Shown: positions 26,868-41,357 of the stretch, in pieces
Layout of the letters: every line of letters begins with the position of its first letter
Numbering within the stretch: position 1 is the first letter of the stretch
Source: Eledone cirrhosa
Taxonomy: Eukaryota
Length of the DNA stretch: 64,000 nt
Assembly: GCA_964016885.1 (NCBI GenBank)
Contig: OZ024754.1
Coordinates: forward strand, 29,884,001 to 29,948,000
Reading direction: 5' to 3'
Position numbers and translations under genes: made by a program
Notes under the pieces: generated by a model
Database searches by the model: none
Seen by the model: the letters and a program-made list of their open reading frames with translations, nothing else
Told to the model about the DNA's origin: nothing

Positions 26868-29300
26868 TAGATTGGGTTGTTGTTTATCCCCGCTTTACAG
26901 TCATATATGAGCATTTATCTTGGCCAAACTCCATTCCTATATTCTTTGAGAGGTCAAGATTTTTCTTCATCCCATCCATGTTCTTGGCATAGAGTTTCAG
27001 ATCGTCCACAAAGAAATTATGGGTTAGGTTCGTATTTCTGTCCTCCCGTGAGCCAATGATGTATCCCTCACATTTCTTGAGCAGAAAGGACAAGGGGTTT
27101 AATGACAAGATGAATAATATCACAGAAAGACTGTCCCCCTGAAATATACCCCTGCAATAAGTGAAAACAGAGTCCTCCCTCTCTGTCTTTAACCTTAGGA
27201 TAGTAGCCCAAGAAGAAGACAGCCTCTCTATGGCTCTAACAATAATGTCTGGGACTTTAACAAGTTGGAGGGCCTCTATCATCCAAGAGTGGGAAACAGA
27301 ATCGAAAGCGTTCCTGTAGTCCAGCCAGACTGTAGCCATATTCCTCCTAAGTTGTCCCACCTCCGACATCGCAGTTTTGTTGATTAGGAGTTGTTCAGCA
27401 CATCCCCAAACCCCTTTCTTTCCAGCTGCTTGTTCATCTGTGATGATGTTATTATTTTCACAGTGATCTTGGAGGAATAGATTCAGGCTGTATACATCTT
27501 ATACATCAGGTTCTGGCATGTAATGGGTCGGTAGTTTTTTGCCAAGTGGGTGTCTTTACTCTTGGGGGCCAGTAATGTTTTTGCTAATGTCAACCATTCT
27601 GGTATAAGTGTAACTCCCTTAAGAACTTGTTGGTAGAGGTCAGTAAGATACCTCCGATAGAATATCAGCTTTTTGTACCAGTAGCCGACAATCATGTCTC
27701 TTCCTGGTGTTTTCTTATCTTGGAGTTTTCCTATCACAGTCGCAAGGGTACCCATACTTACTTCGTATGTTTTTGTTGTAGTGTAGGAGCAATATTTCTT
27801 TCGGATTTCTTTTAGCCACACTGCATCTTGGTTGAAATTCTTCTTTTCACCCCATATTTTTCTCCAAAAGGAATCTATGTCTTTCTGGGATGGGGCCTCA
27901 GTGACACTTATTATTTTGCCCTTCATATCTCTATAGACTGATGTTTGGTTTCGTCTGAATCTTTTATTAAGCACTTTTCTTTCATCTATCTTCTTCAGGT
28001 ATCGGTGTTTTTCGCTAACAGCTCTCAATTCTTGTTTGAGGGTGATCAGCTTATATTGAAGAGTTCTGGTTCTACTGTTACCAAACATCGTCTCTATTTT
28101 ATTGTTCACTCTTTGTTGGTGAGGAGTGAGTTTTTTTTGTGTTTGTTTGCATGTAAGGAGCATTATCACATGTCCTATGGTTTTTCGTAGGTCAGCAATC
28201 TTTTTTTCTATTTTAGTTATATATGATGGTATTTTTGGTGGTGTTCTGTTCTTGTTAATATCTCTGCTATCACCAAGATAATGCTTCACTGTCGTTGCTA
28301 AGGCATATAAACAGGCTTTGATTTGCCAAAATGTTGGGGTTTTTATCCGTCGTAAATATTCATCCCCTATTTCGTCAATAACACGTAATATTTCATTATT
28401 TGTTTTTTTATTAAATATTGTCGTTTTAACACGTTCAGCAAGAGAGATATTTATACATGAATTAATATCTCTCTGGAAGATTTCGTTGAGGGAAATTTTC
28501 AATTGTTTATACTTTTGATTATTATCATTATCGATAGTATTTTCCACAACAGTCGAGGTAGACTCGGATGGTACACGTGGCGTCAAATTTCTTGGATTAT
28601 TATTATTATCGATAGTGTTTTCCCCAGCATTCGAGGTAGACTTAGATGGTACAGGTGGTGTCAAATTTCTTACAGGCATAGTTGTTTCAAGGCGCTGTTC
28701 GACCTGGCTACTAGGAAGTCTAGTAGCATGGCGACATGTAGCACGTATGGTTGATCCCATGTTTGTTGTGGGGGACTTACAATTAATACTATTTATCTTA
28801 TTGTTACGTTCAACAAACGTCGCTTGTTGGCGTAATTGTTTCGCTGTGAAATAATTTAGCTCTGGATGCATTTCGTCCCAGTGTAGCTTCATTCTATTCA
28901 TATAGCCAATGGAGGGATTGTGTTTTGCCATTTTATAACAATTAAATAAATCATTATTAAGTTCGCACTTCCAAGAGAAATGCGATTTATAATTTCGGTT
29001 TCTTCTGTAGCTACAACTGAATAAAGTTTGTTTACCTTTCTTGTTGTTTGTCTTCGATACTTCCTTAATTTTGTTGTTGTGTTCAGCCATGCTGTTTGTA
29101 GCAAATCCTTGTAAAATGAATTATGTATTTAGTCGGATATCTCTACGAATTCGAATAAAAGGTGTCTTCAGAAGATATAGTTAGAAGAATAACCAGTTAT
29201 TCAACATGTCTGTAGTTGTGCATTACTGTCGGAGATAGTATTCATCTTAAATTTAATAAATAGTCTCCTACGCCAAAATATGCGACTGGTCGCGTTGACT
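26868..29300 (-). mobile_element. R4/Dong-like RLE non-LTR element, 5' portion with RT (3' end missing)
   Basis: KNYRPITCQNLMYK, frameshift near 27483, EQAAGKKGVWGCAEQLLIN, WLDYRNAFDSV, GIFQGDSLS, FFVDDLKLY. (TATG)n on both sides. Confidence 0.85.
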
Positions 29301-29322
29301 GTATCGTATGTATGTATGTATG

Positions 29323-29890
29323 TTTTCTCTTTCTCTTAATTTCGAGTATATTTTTTTGACCGGCCACCTTCCTGGTGGCAAGGTTGTAAAAGAAAAGAAA
29401 TTGTCATCCCTTGAATCGCAAGAATGTTTTGCATATTTTGAAGGTGCCAGCTATCGCAGCCATTTGTAGACTATGAATTAGGGAGCTGCGCTTTTTGTCC
29501 GCAAATCCAAGTTCGGTCATACTTTGGTCCAAGCGGGTTGGTATATAACCCGTAGCACCAATAATGATGGGTATGAAGCTAAAGGTGTATCTTGGATACT
29601 GGATTTGTAAGCTCCTCATCAATGGTCCGTAGATGTCCTCCTTCTCCTGTATTTTTCTGACAACGTTTACATCAAGTGGGCAGCTGATCTCCACAACAGA
29701 ACACGTTTTCAATGTGTGGTCCCAAACTACAATATCAGGCCGGTTGTGCTTTAATTTGGTGGCAGTTTTTATTTTCAGGTTCCACCAGTATTCCTTAGTG
29801 CCATCTGTCTCAATATATTCTTCCTCGTTTGTTGTTAATTTTGTTTTCCGAAGTGCGTTCCAGATAGTTCTAGCTATCCCATCGTGTCTC

Positions 29891-29892
<2 letters not shown>
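29323..29892 (-). mobile_element. R4/Dong-like 3' end with restriction-like endonuclease
   Basis: RHD motif and KHNRPDIVVWD...VVEISCP (PD-(D/E)xK type). Stop at 29404, short 3' UTR running into (CATA)n; (CATA)n also at the 5' junction. Confidence 0.85.
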
Positions 29893-29921
<29 letters not shown>

Positions 29922-29960
29922 TGTATGTATGTATGTGTGTATGTATGTATGTATGTTATG

Positions 29961-30564
29961 TCAGGTCACCAGTTGGTGCTACTGGTAACATGTATCCCAG
30001 TACAACCTGTCTCATGGTCGGGTCGTTGGCGACTAAACTGGCAACCCCACCAAGGTTTCTTGGTGAGGAGGGTGATTTTGGACATCCTGCAGGACTAAAG
30101 ACAAAACCTGTCAAAGGGCAAAAGAGCTATTAGGAGTCAATGGCCATCCAAAATCACCGGGAGAGATGACCCCTTAGCCTTTGTCAAGGCAGAATTCTAG
30201 GAGAAGGAAAACTCTGATATAATACCTGCAACCCTGATGGTATCCAATGATGTTGACTTGTTCTTCTTTTTGGTAAATATCATCTTGGTTAAGAGAGTGG
30301 GACTGGCTTTGTGCAGTGCCTTTGCTCACTATAAAAGCTTCACGGCACAGGCATTGCTTTATATATGGAGATCTCTCTGCACTTGTCGTCACATGGTACC
30401 ATGGGCCCAGCACTATGTGTTAATAATTGTCACAGGTGTAGTGTTTGTACCAGAGTTTTCAAGTCGCTGTCTGGACTAAAAAGTCACACTTGTTCAGCGC
30501 ATCGGTAGGAGTTCTACATGGATATAAAGTAGTGGCCGTACTCGAAAACGAGTTGGCAGCCACC
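29961..30564 (+). mobile_element. Non-autonomous RTE-like element, copy 1 (~604 bp)
   Basis: Near-identical to 30601-31206. The 3' part encodes a C2H2 remnant and ends in a CTCG-AAAA-CGAG hairpin plus a (TATG)n tail. Confidence 0.65.
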
Positions 30565-30600
30565 ATGTATGTATGTATGTATGTATGTATGTATGTATGT

Positions 30601-31206
30601 CAGGTCACCAGTTGGTGCTACTGGTAACATGTATCCCAGTACAACCTGGCTCATGGTCGGGTCGTTGGCGACTAAACTGGCAACCCCACCAAGGTTTCTT
30701 GGTGAGGGGGGTGACTTTGGACATCCTGCAGGACTAAAAACAAAACCTGTCAAAGGGCAAAGGAGCTCTTGAGAGTCAATGGCCATCCAAAATCACCGGG
30801 AGAGATGACCCATTAGCCTTTGTCAAGGCAGAATTCTAGGAGAAGGAAAACTCTGATATAACACCTGCAACCCTGATGGTATCCAATGATGTTGACATGT
30901 TCTTATTTTTGGTAAATATCATCTTGGTTAAGAGAGTGGGACTGGCTTTGTGCAGTGCCTTTGCTCACTATATAAGCTTCACGGCACAGGCATTGCTTTA
31001 TATCTGGAGATCTCTCTGCACTTGTCGTCACATGGTACCATGGGCCCAGCACTATGTGTCAATAATTGTCACAAGTGTAGTGTTTGTACCAGAGTTTTCA
31101 AGTCGCTGGCTGGACTAAAAAGTCACACTCGTTCAGCGCATCGGTAGGGGTTCTCCTACATGGATATAAAGTAGTGGCCGTACTCGAAAACGAGTTAGCA
31201 GTCACC
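30601..31206 (+). mobile_element. Non-autonomous RTE-like element, copy 2
   Basis: Tandem copy; CSVCTRVFKSLAGLKSHTRSAH remnant; TATG tail. Confidence 0.65.
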
Positions 31207-31235
31207 ATGTATGTACGTACGTATGTATGTATATA

Positions 31236-31475
31236 GATTATGATCTGAAAAGCTGTAAGGAATGTGGCCAGGAATGTGCTAACATGGGAGGTCTTAAAAG
31301 ACAAATGAGAACACAGCCAGAAAAAGCAATGGAAAGTCCCGGAGGAGCCTACAGTTGCCATATATGTGCCAGAAGATGCAAGTCTTTGGCTGGTTTATAG
31401 AGCCACTTTCGTGCCTCACATTTTTGAGCATTTTATCAGGCGATGGCAATGCTCGAACTCGAGTTTACAGCCATC
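31236..31475 (+). mobile_element. 3' end of a related RTE-like LINE
   Basis: CKECG..., then C..C..KSLAGL.SH remnants; CTCG-AACT-CGAG hairpin; (TATG)n tail 31476-31535. Confidence 0.6.
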
Positions 31476-32485
31476 ATGTATGTATGTATGTATGTATGTA
31501 TGTAAGTATGTATGTATGCATGTATGTATGTATGTTTGAAAGAATGTATGTATGTGTTTTGTTTGTGTACAGGATCGTTTACTATATGAAACAGGTGTAG
31601 TATAGGTATTATCTATTTAAGGTAATTCTTAAAGATAGGTGACAAAATAGATATGAGAATCATATTATGAAGCAAAGTTAGAAATACTCTGTGAAAAGCC
31701 AGCATCACATTGAATAAAAATAGAAAAATTTAGTTTATACAGAAAATGACTTCAAATATTTTTCTCCTCTCAAGAGATTGTGTTTGATAATAAGGGTACG
31801 ATAGATAAAATTACGTCAAAAAATGGTTGAAAGTGTTAAAAGTAAACAGTTGAAGAGTGGAGATTTTTTGTGGAGGGCTCTTCTTTTCTCTTTTGAATGG
31901 TGTATTCCTTGCTAGATTTATTAACGTTTTGTGAATGTGTTTTAATCAAATCTAAAACTTACCGGCCTAATAATAGTTATCCTTAACTTTTGGAACCACT
32001 TTAGCATTTATAAATGTAAAATTAAATGCTATGTTATTCATTTTCATTGTTGAAAATCCAGTTTTTGCATTGTTATCTATCATATATCATTTTCTTCATA
32101 TATAACGCATATTAATAGAAAGTTTACAAAGCAATCGTTTTGCAAAATGTTTCATTTGGTTGAAAGTAAATACTACACTTCTTGGATGATTTGGCCCAAC
32201 ACAATATCTGGCCCAACACATCTCGCTTCAAATTTGTGTGGATGCAGATATTGCAGAACGCAATAAAAACATCATATATTTATGCATTCTTAGGGGCTAT
32301 ACCCTTGACAAAGTTTGATTTCAATGGAAATCAAACTTTGTCAAGGATATAGCTTTAATAATTGTTTTACTGTAATTTGAAGGAAATACATTAGCTATCT
32401 ATTCCAATGAATTTTGAACATAAGGTAGAATTTGAAAGGATTTGCTAAAGCAAACGATGGTTTTCATAATTAAGATGGTGTTAAG

Positions 32486-32705
32486 GGTGGCGGATTGGTA
32501 GTATTAGTAGAGCGTCAGTAACATACTTTGCGGCATAGAGTTACGGCTGTTTACGTTCAGAGTTCAACTCCCGCTACGGTTAGCTTACCTTTCATGATTA
32601 CGGGGCCGATAAAATAAAGTACCAGTAATGCACTGGGGTCGATTTAATCGACTTTCCCCTCTCCCGGATATTGTTGACCTTGTGCCTAAATCAGAAACCA
32701 TTATT
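32486..32705 (+). mobile_element. tRNA-derived SINE, diverged longer variant
   Basis: GAGTTCAACTCC B box; GATAAAATAAAGTACCAGT body; TGTGCCTAAA 3' end. Confidence 0.75.
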
Positions 32706-33438
32706 GAAATCGTATTAAAAATATGTATTTTTTATTTAAATTTATGAAAGTTTGAGGTTGTTTCGTGTGGGTTGGTATCAAAAGAGTTAAGAACTATATC
32801 CATGAAGTCAGTAATCTTTTTATGTGTTTATCTGATTCGGAAAAGATTGAAACATGTGACCCCTGTTAACTTAAAATATTGGTTGATTGTCAGATATGGT
32901 GAGTACTGAAACATAAAGAAATATGATTTTATTCAAACCACAATTAGACGAATAATGTAGAATTAATTAGAATAAAAATATATTAGAAACATGAAGAATT
33001 AATTAGAATTATCAGTATACGTAAATTATGCAGATTTGGCATTTGTTTGTAGCTTTACCACAAGCGAATTATTTAAGAAATACGAAAGGTTTATCAACCG
33101 AAAACCCTGTCCTTAGTATCGATGCATTTGGATGTTAATATCACTCACTATTTGATATCTAAACATTTAAATATTCAATTGTTTATGAATGCACACGACG
33201 TCAAATCTAATGAAGGGAAAATGTTTAGTAGTTGTGTTCATTTTCCGCAGGCAGCAGTGGATTTTGTGATGCAAAGTTGCTGCTATTAAAAAATAAAAAT
33301 GACAAATAGCTGAATACACATTTAATCAAAATCGTTTGACAGCAATAACAAGAATCCTAAATAAATAAATAATTTCTTTGTGGAAAGAAATATAAAATTT
33401 ATAGAATAAAAATCCCATTAACATGACCACCAACTAGT

Positions 33439-33497
<59 letters not shown>

Positions 33498-33501
<4 letters not shown>

Positions 33502-34190
33502 CAACCAGAGACCATTGACCATATAATTTCAATGTGCAGTCCTATAGCTCCAACCGAATACCTAAACAGGCATGACAGAGCTGCACAATACATACATTGG
33601 ATAATGTGCAAGCATTTTGACCTGCCCCATCAAAAGAATTGGTGGGAGCATCAACCACCTCCCATACTTGAAAAAGATCACATCTCAATCTTGTGGAACT
33701 TTAGCATCCAAACAGACCGAAAAATAGATGCAAATAGACCTGATATAATATTGAAGGACTTTCAAAGGAGGGTATGCCTGCTAATTGATATGTCTGTTCC
33801 AATAGACAAGAATGTATCTATAAAAACATTTGAAAAATTGAGCAAGTATAAGGACCTGGAGATAGAAATTGGAAAAATGTGGAAATTGAGAACTAAAACA
33901 ATACCAGTGGTTGTAGGCGCTCTGGGAATGATACCTAAGGGGTCTAACGACTACTTATCGCAAATCCCAGGAAACCCGCGTATAGGAGAAATACAAAAGA
34001 TAGTACTAATGGGAACTGCCCATATACTAAGGAAGATCCTGTCAATATAAGTACATCACAAGTCTAAACACTAAGGATGCATGTGTGAATATGTGTGTTC
34101 TTTCTTGAACATGGCGGACCTTGTTGTCTCTTGAGGTCACTGGTTGTGACTTGGTGATAACTCGTATAAACATAAAGCAAGATAAATGCA
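33498..34190 (+). mobile_element. Dong-like (R4 clade) 5'-truncated RLE element in (TAA)n
   Basis: ETIDHIISMC...YLNRHDR...ANRPDIILKD...LIDMSVP, stop at 34050. (TAA)n at 33438-33497 and 34191-34223. Dong elements are known TAA-repeat specialists. Confidence 0.85.
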
Positions 34191-34225
<35 letters not shown>

Positions 34226-34259
34226 CAACATCAACGACTGAGATTCAAGGAATAACAAC

Positions 34260-34308
<49 letters not shown>

Positions 34309-34819
34309 GTAAAATTATTTCCATTTTCCCTTTTGTATTCACTGAACTGCAGCTATTGAACAGTGAACATATTCCATTATTTTAACAAATTATTGATACA
34401 AATTTCGGTGAAAATATCGATTCATTTCAGACAGGTTTTCAATACTTGAACATCTAAGGGATTTTAAATTAGTCTCAATTTTGTTCTCTTCTCGTTGACA
34501 ATTTAGTGACTTCACATAAAATGACTGCAATTAAGACATCACATATAAAGATAACTTGAAACGGTTCGAAATGTTGAACATATTCACTGTTAAGAAAGAT
34601 ATAATTCCGTTAAAATCATTTTAATGATCCTATTAATTTTAAAAATAAAAAAAAAAACTTTTAATTTAAAATGCATTATCACATCTGAACCATGATGCTC
34701 TGTTTTATGCAGACGATTGAACTTCATTTTGTCATTGCAGCTCATTTAATGGTGTGTCTAGTCATCACGACTTTTATTACCTTCCTTCAAATTGTTTGTC
34801 ATTATATTTAGGATTAAAG

Positions 34820-34999
34820 GGCGGTGGATTGGCAGTATCAGTAGAGGGTCGGACGTCATGCTTTCCAGCATAGTTACGTCCCTTTACAATCTGAGTTCAA
34901 ATCCTGCCGAGGTTGACTTTGCCTTACGGGGTCGATAAAATAAAGTACCAGTAATGCACTGGGTATTTGCTGGCCTTGTGCCTAAAGTAGAAATAATTA
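34820..34999 (+). mobile_element. tRNA-derived SINE
   Basis: Same family; full 5' end GGCGGTGGATTGGCAG. Confidence 0.85.
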
Positions 35000-35099
35000 T
35001 ATTTAGGATTAAGTAGCTTTCAATGTCAAACTATGGTGGTACTCCTTCCAGAATATTTCACTTTACACACACCCACACACACACACACACGTATATATA

Positions 35100-35147
<48 letters not shown>

Positions 35148-38100
35148 TGCGCATGCGTGTGTGTGTGCGTGTGTGTGGGGGGGGTGCGTGCGTGTGCGTG
35201 TGTGTGATTATGTGTAGGTGCGTTTGTGTTTGTGTGTGTTTGTGTGTCTGAATTTGTGTACACACGACTGGTAAGCCAATTGATACTTGAGTTAGGTCTA
35301 TCACATTAATAAAGACCCCGAGTCAATTATTCGTGAAACGTATGTAACGTTCAATATTCGATATCATTTTAAAGTAAATCTTCGTTGATTTGTTTGCATA
35401 TATTTTTGCCATTTAGTGATATATTATTTATGGTCATTTTAGTAATACAATGTTATTCCTGGGCCACTTCTGGGGAACCTCCAATAATTTACAGTAGCAG
35501 TTTTTCCTTTACATAGTATAAAAGTTAATGTCTCAATGTTTGGATATATTGTACATGCTTAGATTACTTAGATTCATTTTCTTAATATAATTTATCCAAC
35601 ATTACTTTTGGTTCCATAAGTCTGCAGCGTTTAACTTTTCAACTCTGCTATTTATTTTCCATCTTTTACCTCGGCATGCATATTTACATTAATTATTTGT
35701 AATTTAGATTTAGATATTTCAGGATAATTTCATCTTAATATAAACGTTATACTTAAAGATATATGGAAAAACTTATAAAATGTTCAATAAATATGTTTAC
35801 GTTATATGGAACTTTTCGATTTATAAGCCAATTTAATGATCATATTGTTATATTTGATACATATATAAACGTGCTATGAATTTTGTTGTTTATTATTCAT
35901 AATAGCAATGTAGTTTTAGTGAACCAGTAACCAAAATGAGATTCAATTTATATTCAACAGATAAATCTGCTTTCAATATCTTTTTCCGCACTGGTAATTT
36001 TTTTTTAAATGTCGGCTTTTCTCTCGTGGTGTCAACTCTTCCATTCAGTAATGGTAAGAAACTATCAGGAGAGCTGGACAGAAGGTCTTCACAGAAGAAA
36101 CTCCTCTGTGTTCTTGGCCGCATCCAAGCTACGACACCTGGGTGCCCTTCTGCTGACATTTACCCACTTGGATATCGGGGACTTGCTGTGTATTTAAACC
36201 ATATGGAGATTTTGTTGAGAGGATCTTGCTGGAACTCATCTCCGTTGCTTCTGCTTTCAAACTCATATTTAAACGCTTTCTTTTTTTATTAGATGTTAGT
36301 TTTAACATACTCTGCTGAAGGGATGTAGGTAATCAATATTTCATTAATTTATGGAGTATATAATGTAAATGCAGTTTAATAGAGAAAGACAAAATGAAAA
36401 TTTAGATTGAGAAGAAGGTGGCGGTGAGACGTCAAGTCTTGCCGGCGCCGCCACCAACAATGCAGACAGTTACTTCCCTTAGCGTGCGCTAAAATACACG
36501 ATAAAGACAAAATAATCTCTATGATCTGTCCATCTAGCTTAACCTAAAATAGTAATGTCACTGTCTTACTTAGATTGGTCATTTGCACGGCTAGCTATAT
36601 AATCTGTGGCACATATTTCTGGAAAGTCATTTGTCAAATTAAACTCAGTCTCCTATGAACAAACTAAACTGGCAATAGGGTTTCTATCTAGAGGTTAAGT
36701 AAGCGTATTTCAAGAAGTCTATACAACCTAAATAACTCCTAGGGTCGGTTATATCAATGTTTCTGATCTAAGAATAAGTGATACGGATTTAATGTAACTA
36801 AGTAATATGCTAGTTTATACAGGTTGACCTTATGCTTAGCCAAACTCATCCTTTTTCCATTCAAGTGGTTTTTAATAATCCCCACTATCAGACTAACTTC
36901 ATTAGTGAAATAAGGCGTAAACATATATTTCTACTTTATTTTCAAACTCGCTGTTTCATAAACAAAGCTTGCTTTGTTTTTCTCTCTCTCTAATATTAAA
37001 TATTTAAAACCAAAAGAGTAAGTAAACAATATAACTAATATAACAAGAATACCATAATCAAAGTTTAGAAATGTATAAATACATTAACATGTGTTCAGAT
37101 GGAAAATACAGAGTTTTCTCACGTAAATCTTGAGTCAGTAACCGACAATAAGATGGGTAAGTATTACTATAAAATCAACTCGTTTCTTTTATTATATCCT
37201 AAACTAAAATCAGATTCGGGGGTGCTGTACGTATTTAAAATCTCCCTAAAGATATTTTTATTGATTGAAAGGATTGACAACATCTGTTCTGACAGTTTGG
37301 GAAGAAATAAATATTATGTGACGACCAATTTATGCGGTTGTGTACAATATTAATGTCAAGATGAAGAAGGAAATCCCCCCTTCAACAAAGTAAAAAAAAA
37401 AAATTTTAAACGCATAACTACAAATAATTACAAAACCATTTTTCATTTTGAAACAATTTTCTTTCAAATGCATCTTTCCCACCGTGAGATGGGAAAGTTA
37501 ATATTCCGCATATGATGAAAGAGGAAGTTCCTTTTAATCCCTGTCGGCAATATTAGAAATGCTTTCCCAGCAGGAAATTATAACTGATATCTAAAATCTT
37601 AGGGCAAGGTGTAAATTTAGCGAGAGAGGATCAAAGACAATTGATTGATTCGATCCTATAACATTATAGGAAGTTGCCAACCCTGCAATGGTGAATGGTC
37701 AAGTCAATAATGACAGGAGTACAAATTATTGGATGAACGAATGTAAATAATTTAATGCAATATTCTTTGCGTAAACACTGACCTTCCATCTCAACGATCT
37801 CCTCAGTCAAACATAATTACTCAAAAATAACAAAACAGAACTACAATTCGGAGAAGAAGTAAACAGAAATCTGAGATAACCATGTGATTCCCAAAGATAT
37901 TGATGTTGTAAAGATATTGGAAATGTTTTAATTAAAACCATCTAGTGTTCCAGCACCATTAGAGCTGTATCTTTGAATCTCCTTACAGTAGATTAATATA
38001 GTGGTTGCTCACCTTGCCACAATGCGGATGGAATTTACCCTAATATATGACTGGTACTCCTCTTATCGACGTCAAAAGGATAGAAGTCTAGTCCAACATG

Positions 38101-38329
38101 GGGTGGCAATGAAACCGGGATCTTATGTTTGCCATGTATACTGCAAAGTTTGTAACAAATTAGGTCTATTATAATATATTAAGTTGATTCATGCTTATGA
38201 AAGAAACCCACCACAGTACAGTGCCAAATGTATAACACCATGTTCTATATTTAAACTAACCTACCTACGTATAGAGTGCTCACATTGGTGAACCAACAGT
38301 AGTGTTAGGTTACAATCCATTGAATTTAT

Positions 38330-38816
<487 letters not shown>

Positions 38817-39609
38817 TGTTTCGCTTATCATCCTTATAATTACTGATGTTCGTAAATAGCACGACCGAGATTCCATTATTTCAATTAATCATTTAGAGTC
38901 ATGAGAATACAGTCAATGCTAATGTATCTATCTATCACCCACCAACCCCACAACCCCACCATATTTACTGACCATAGATACTTAATCTGAATTTCCTCTC
39001 TAACACCGTTTGACATTTTTATGGCTACGTCAAAAGTATTGCATTTCGTTTGCATGAGAAACAAGATGGATGACATAGTCACTTGAATTCTCGATAATAT
39101 AAACAAACTGATATGTTTACGAAGATATTGGACAAGTTTGAACATTTGAAAACATCTATTTACGTTCCTCCGGAAAAGATTCTATCATGCATTTGAACTA
39201 TCAAATCGTCGAGTTGATTACCTTTGATGACAGATATATAGGTGGACAGTAATAGAACTGCACACCTAATTAATGTCGGACTTCGGCAATAACTGGTGGT
39301 TATCAGGTCGTTTGGGTATAGGGAAAGGAACAATCGGCAAATCTGACAGAAAATCTGACAGGTTCCCTCTCCGCTTCTGCCTGCCGAATTATACTCTCAA
39401 AGCTTTTGTTGTTCTGAGGCTATGCTATATGATAATCAACATAGATTATCCGCTGTCAGGACGAACCCAAAAGCTTATATTTGCGAAACAAACCTCTTGC
39501 CCACACAGATATGCCTGCGCAAATAAAGCTCAGTCAGCAAATATAATAAATATTCAAACATTCATCTCTAATAATATGCAATGTTGCGCATAATTAACAC
39601 ACATGCTTC

Positions 39610-39688
<79 letters not shown>

Positions 39689-39753
39689 GTATATACCTAT
39701 AAGTATGTATATATATATTTATATGTATGTATATATATATGTATATATGCATG

Positions 39754-39832
<79 letters not shown>

Positions 39833-39902
39833 ATATATATATATTTATATATATACATATATGTATATATATATATATGTATATATATACATACATATAG
39901 GC

Positions 39903-39992
<90 letters not shown>

Positions 39993-41048
39993 GCCTTCAT
40001 GTATATATATACGCATGGCATATGCGTGTATGTAAGTTTAGTTCTATGTATGAGAATGTGTTTATATGCGCATAAATTCCAGCAGATATTTAGATCTGCT
40101 TCTGGCTGGGCGAACTAGTATTTTCTGTAAGCAATTAATCATTTTCCGCTCAACTAAAATATGCACTCCCCATTGTATCGATTCGTTGTCTCTTTTTACT
40201 CATTAGAATGCAGTAAATATTTGATTTCGTCCCTTCTCAATAATTTCCGTCCCTTTATAAATATGACTTCATGTTTCTATAATTACATATTTACCAAAAT
40301 TTTAGTTGTAATAAAACCGCTGCAAATAATGTTTCAATCTTAAAATGTAATTTAGATTCGAAATAAGAGTGGATATTTTAGAACCCGACGAGGAAATTTC
40401 TCCTTCACCTTATTTGTTCTGTAATTATAATGAACAAAATTAAAATGTTCGCTGTTAAATAACTCTAAATTAGTTACAGAGGATGCATTTTATAAAATAT
40501 TACTCTGTAATGAGATTGCACGTGTCTTACAGTTGCTAGTCTCGTGATCGTGATATTATGAATTCGATACCAGAACCCTGCGGTACGTTGTGGCTTTGAG
40601 CAAGATATTTAATTTCATGTTGCTTCAGTCAATTCAGCTGAGACAATGAGTTGTGACGAAACAAATGCTTAGCAGTGTCGGCCATTTTCTTGTCGTTAGA
40701 CAACATCGATGGTATGTGGAGGGGACTGAGGCTCTTCCACAAAGCAACTTGCCTTTACTTGTGCCTTGGAGAAGCAAAGCTATGGTCATGGGTGCACAAT
40801 TCATATACAGTCGTGACTGGAGGAAGGTCTTCACTGAATCTTGAACACAGGCACATAGCTGTAGAACTGTAAAAACAAAAACTAAATAACTTTTTATTTA
40901 ACATCGTATAATAATCTAGCAGAAAATATTCAAAATAAAGTTTGTTAATTTTAATGGTTATTGTAAGAGTATACAAATTAGTGCGAAAATGTGCAATATT
41001 AAAGTTACATCGTTAAAATTTCTTGCGATGAAGTCAATTACACTAATA

Positions 41049-41238
41049 AATAATTGTTTCTACTTTAGGCACAAGGCCAGCAATTACCCAGTGCATTACT
41101 GGTACTTTATTTTATCGACCCCGTAAGGATGAAAGGCAAAGTCAACCTCGGCGGGATTTGAACTCAGATCGTAAAGAGACGTAAATATGCTGGAAAGCAT
41201 GGCGTCCGACTCTCTACCGATACTGCCAATCCACCGCC
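41049..41238 (-). mobile_element. tRNA-derived SINE, full length
   Basis: Same family, close to the apparent consensus. Confidence 0.9.
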
Positions 41239-41357
41239 ATTACACATTATAAATAATGCTGTATGTACAAGTGTTAATTAACTCTAAACATCATCCTGTA
41301 ATGATTTATCTGAAAATATTTAAACTAAGCATTACTAATTCAAATGTTTATAATATA

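Noticed and set aside
41049-41238. tRNA genes suggested by A/B boxes
   Set aside because: No cloverleaf; the boxes are the heads of a dispersed SINE.
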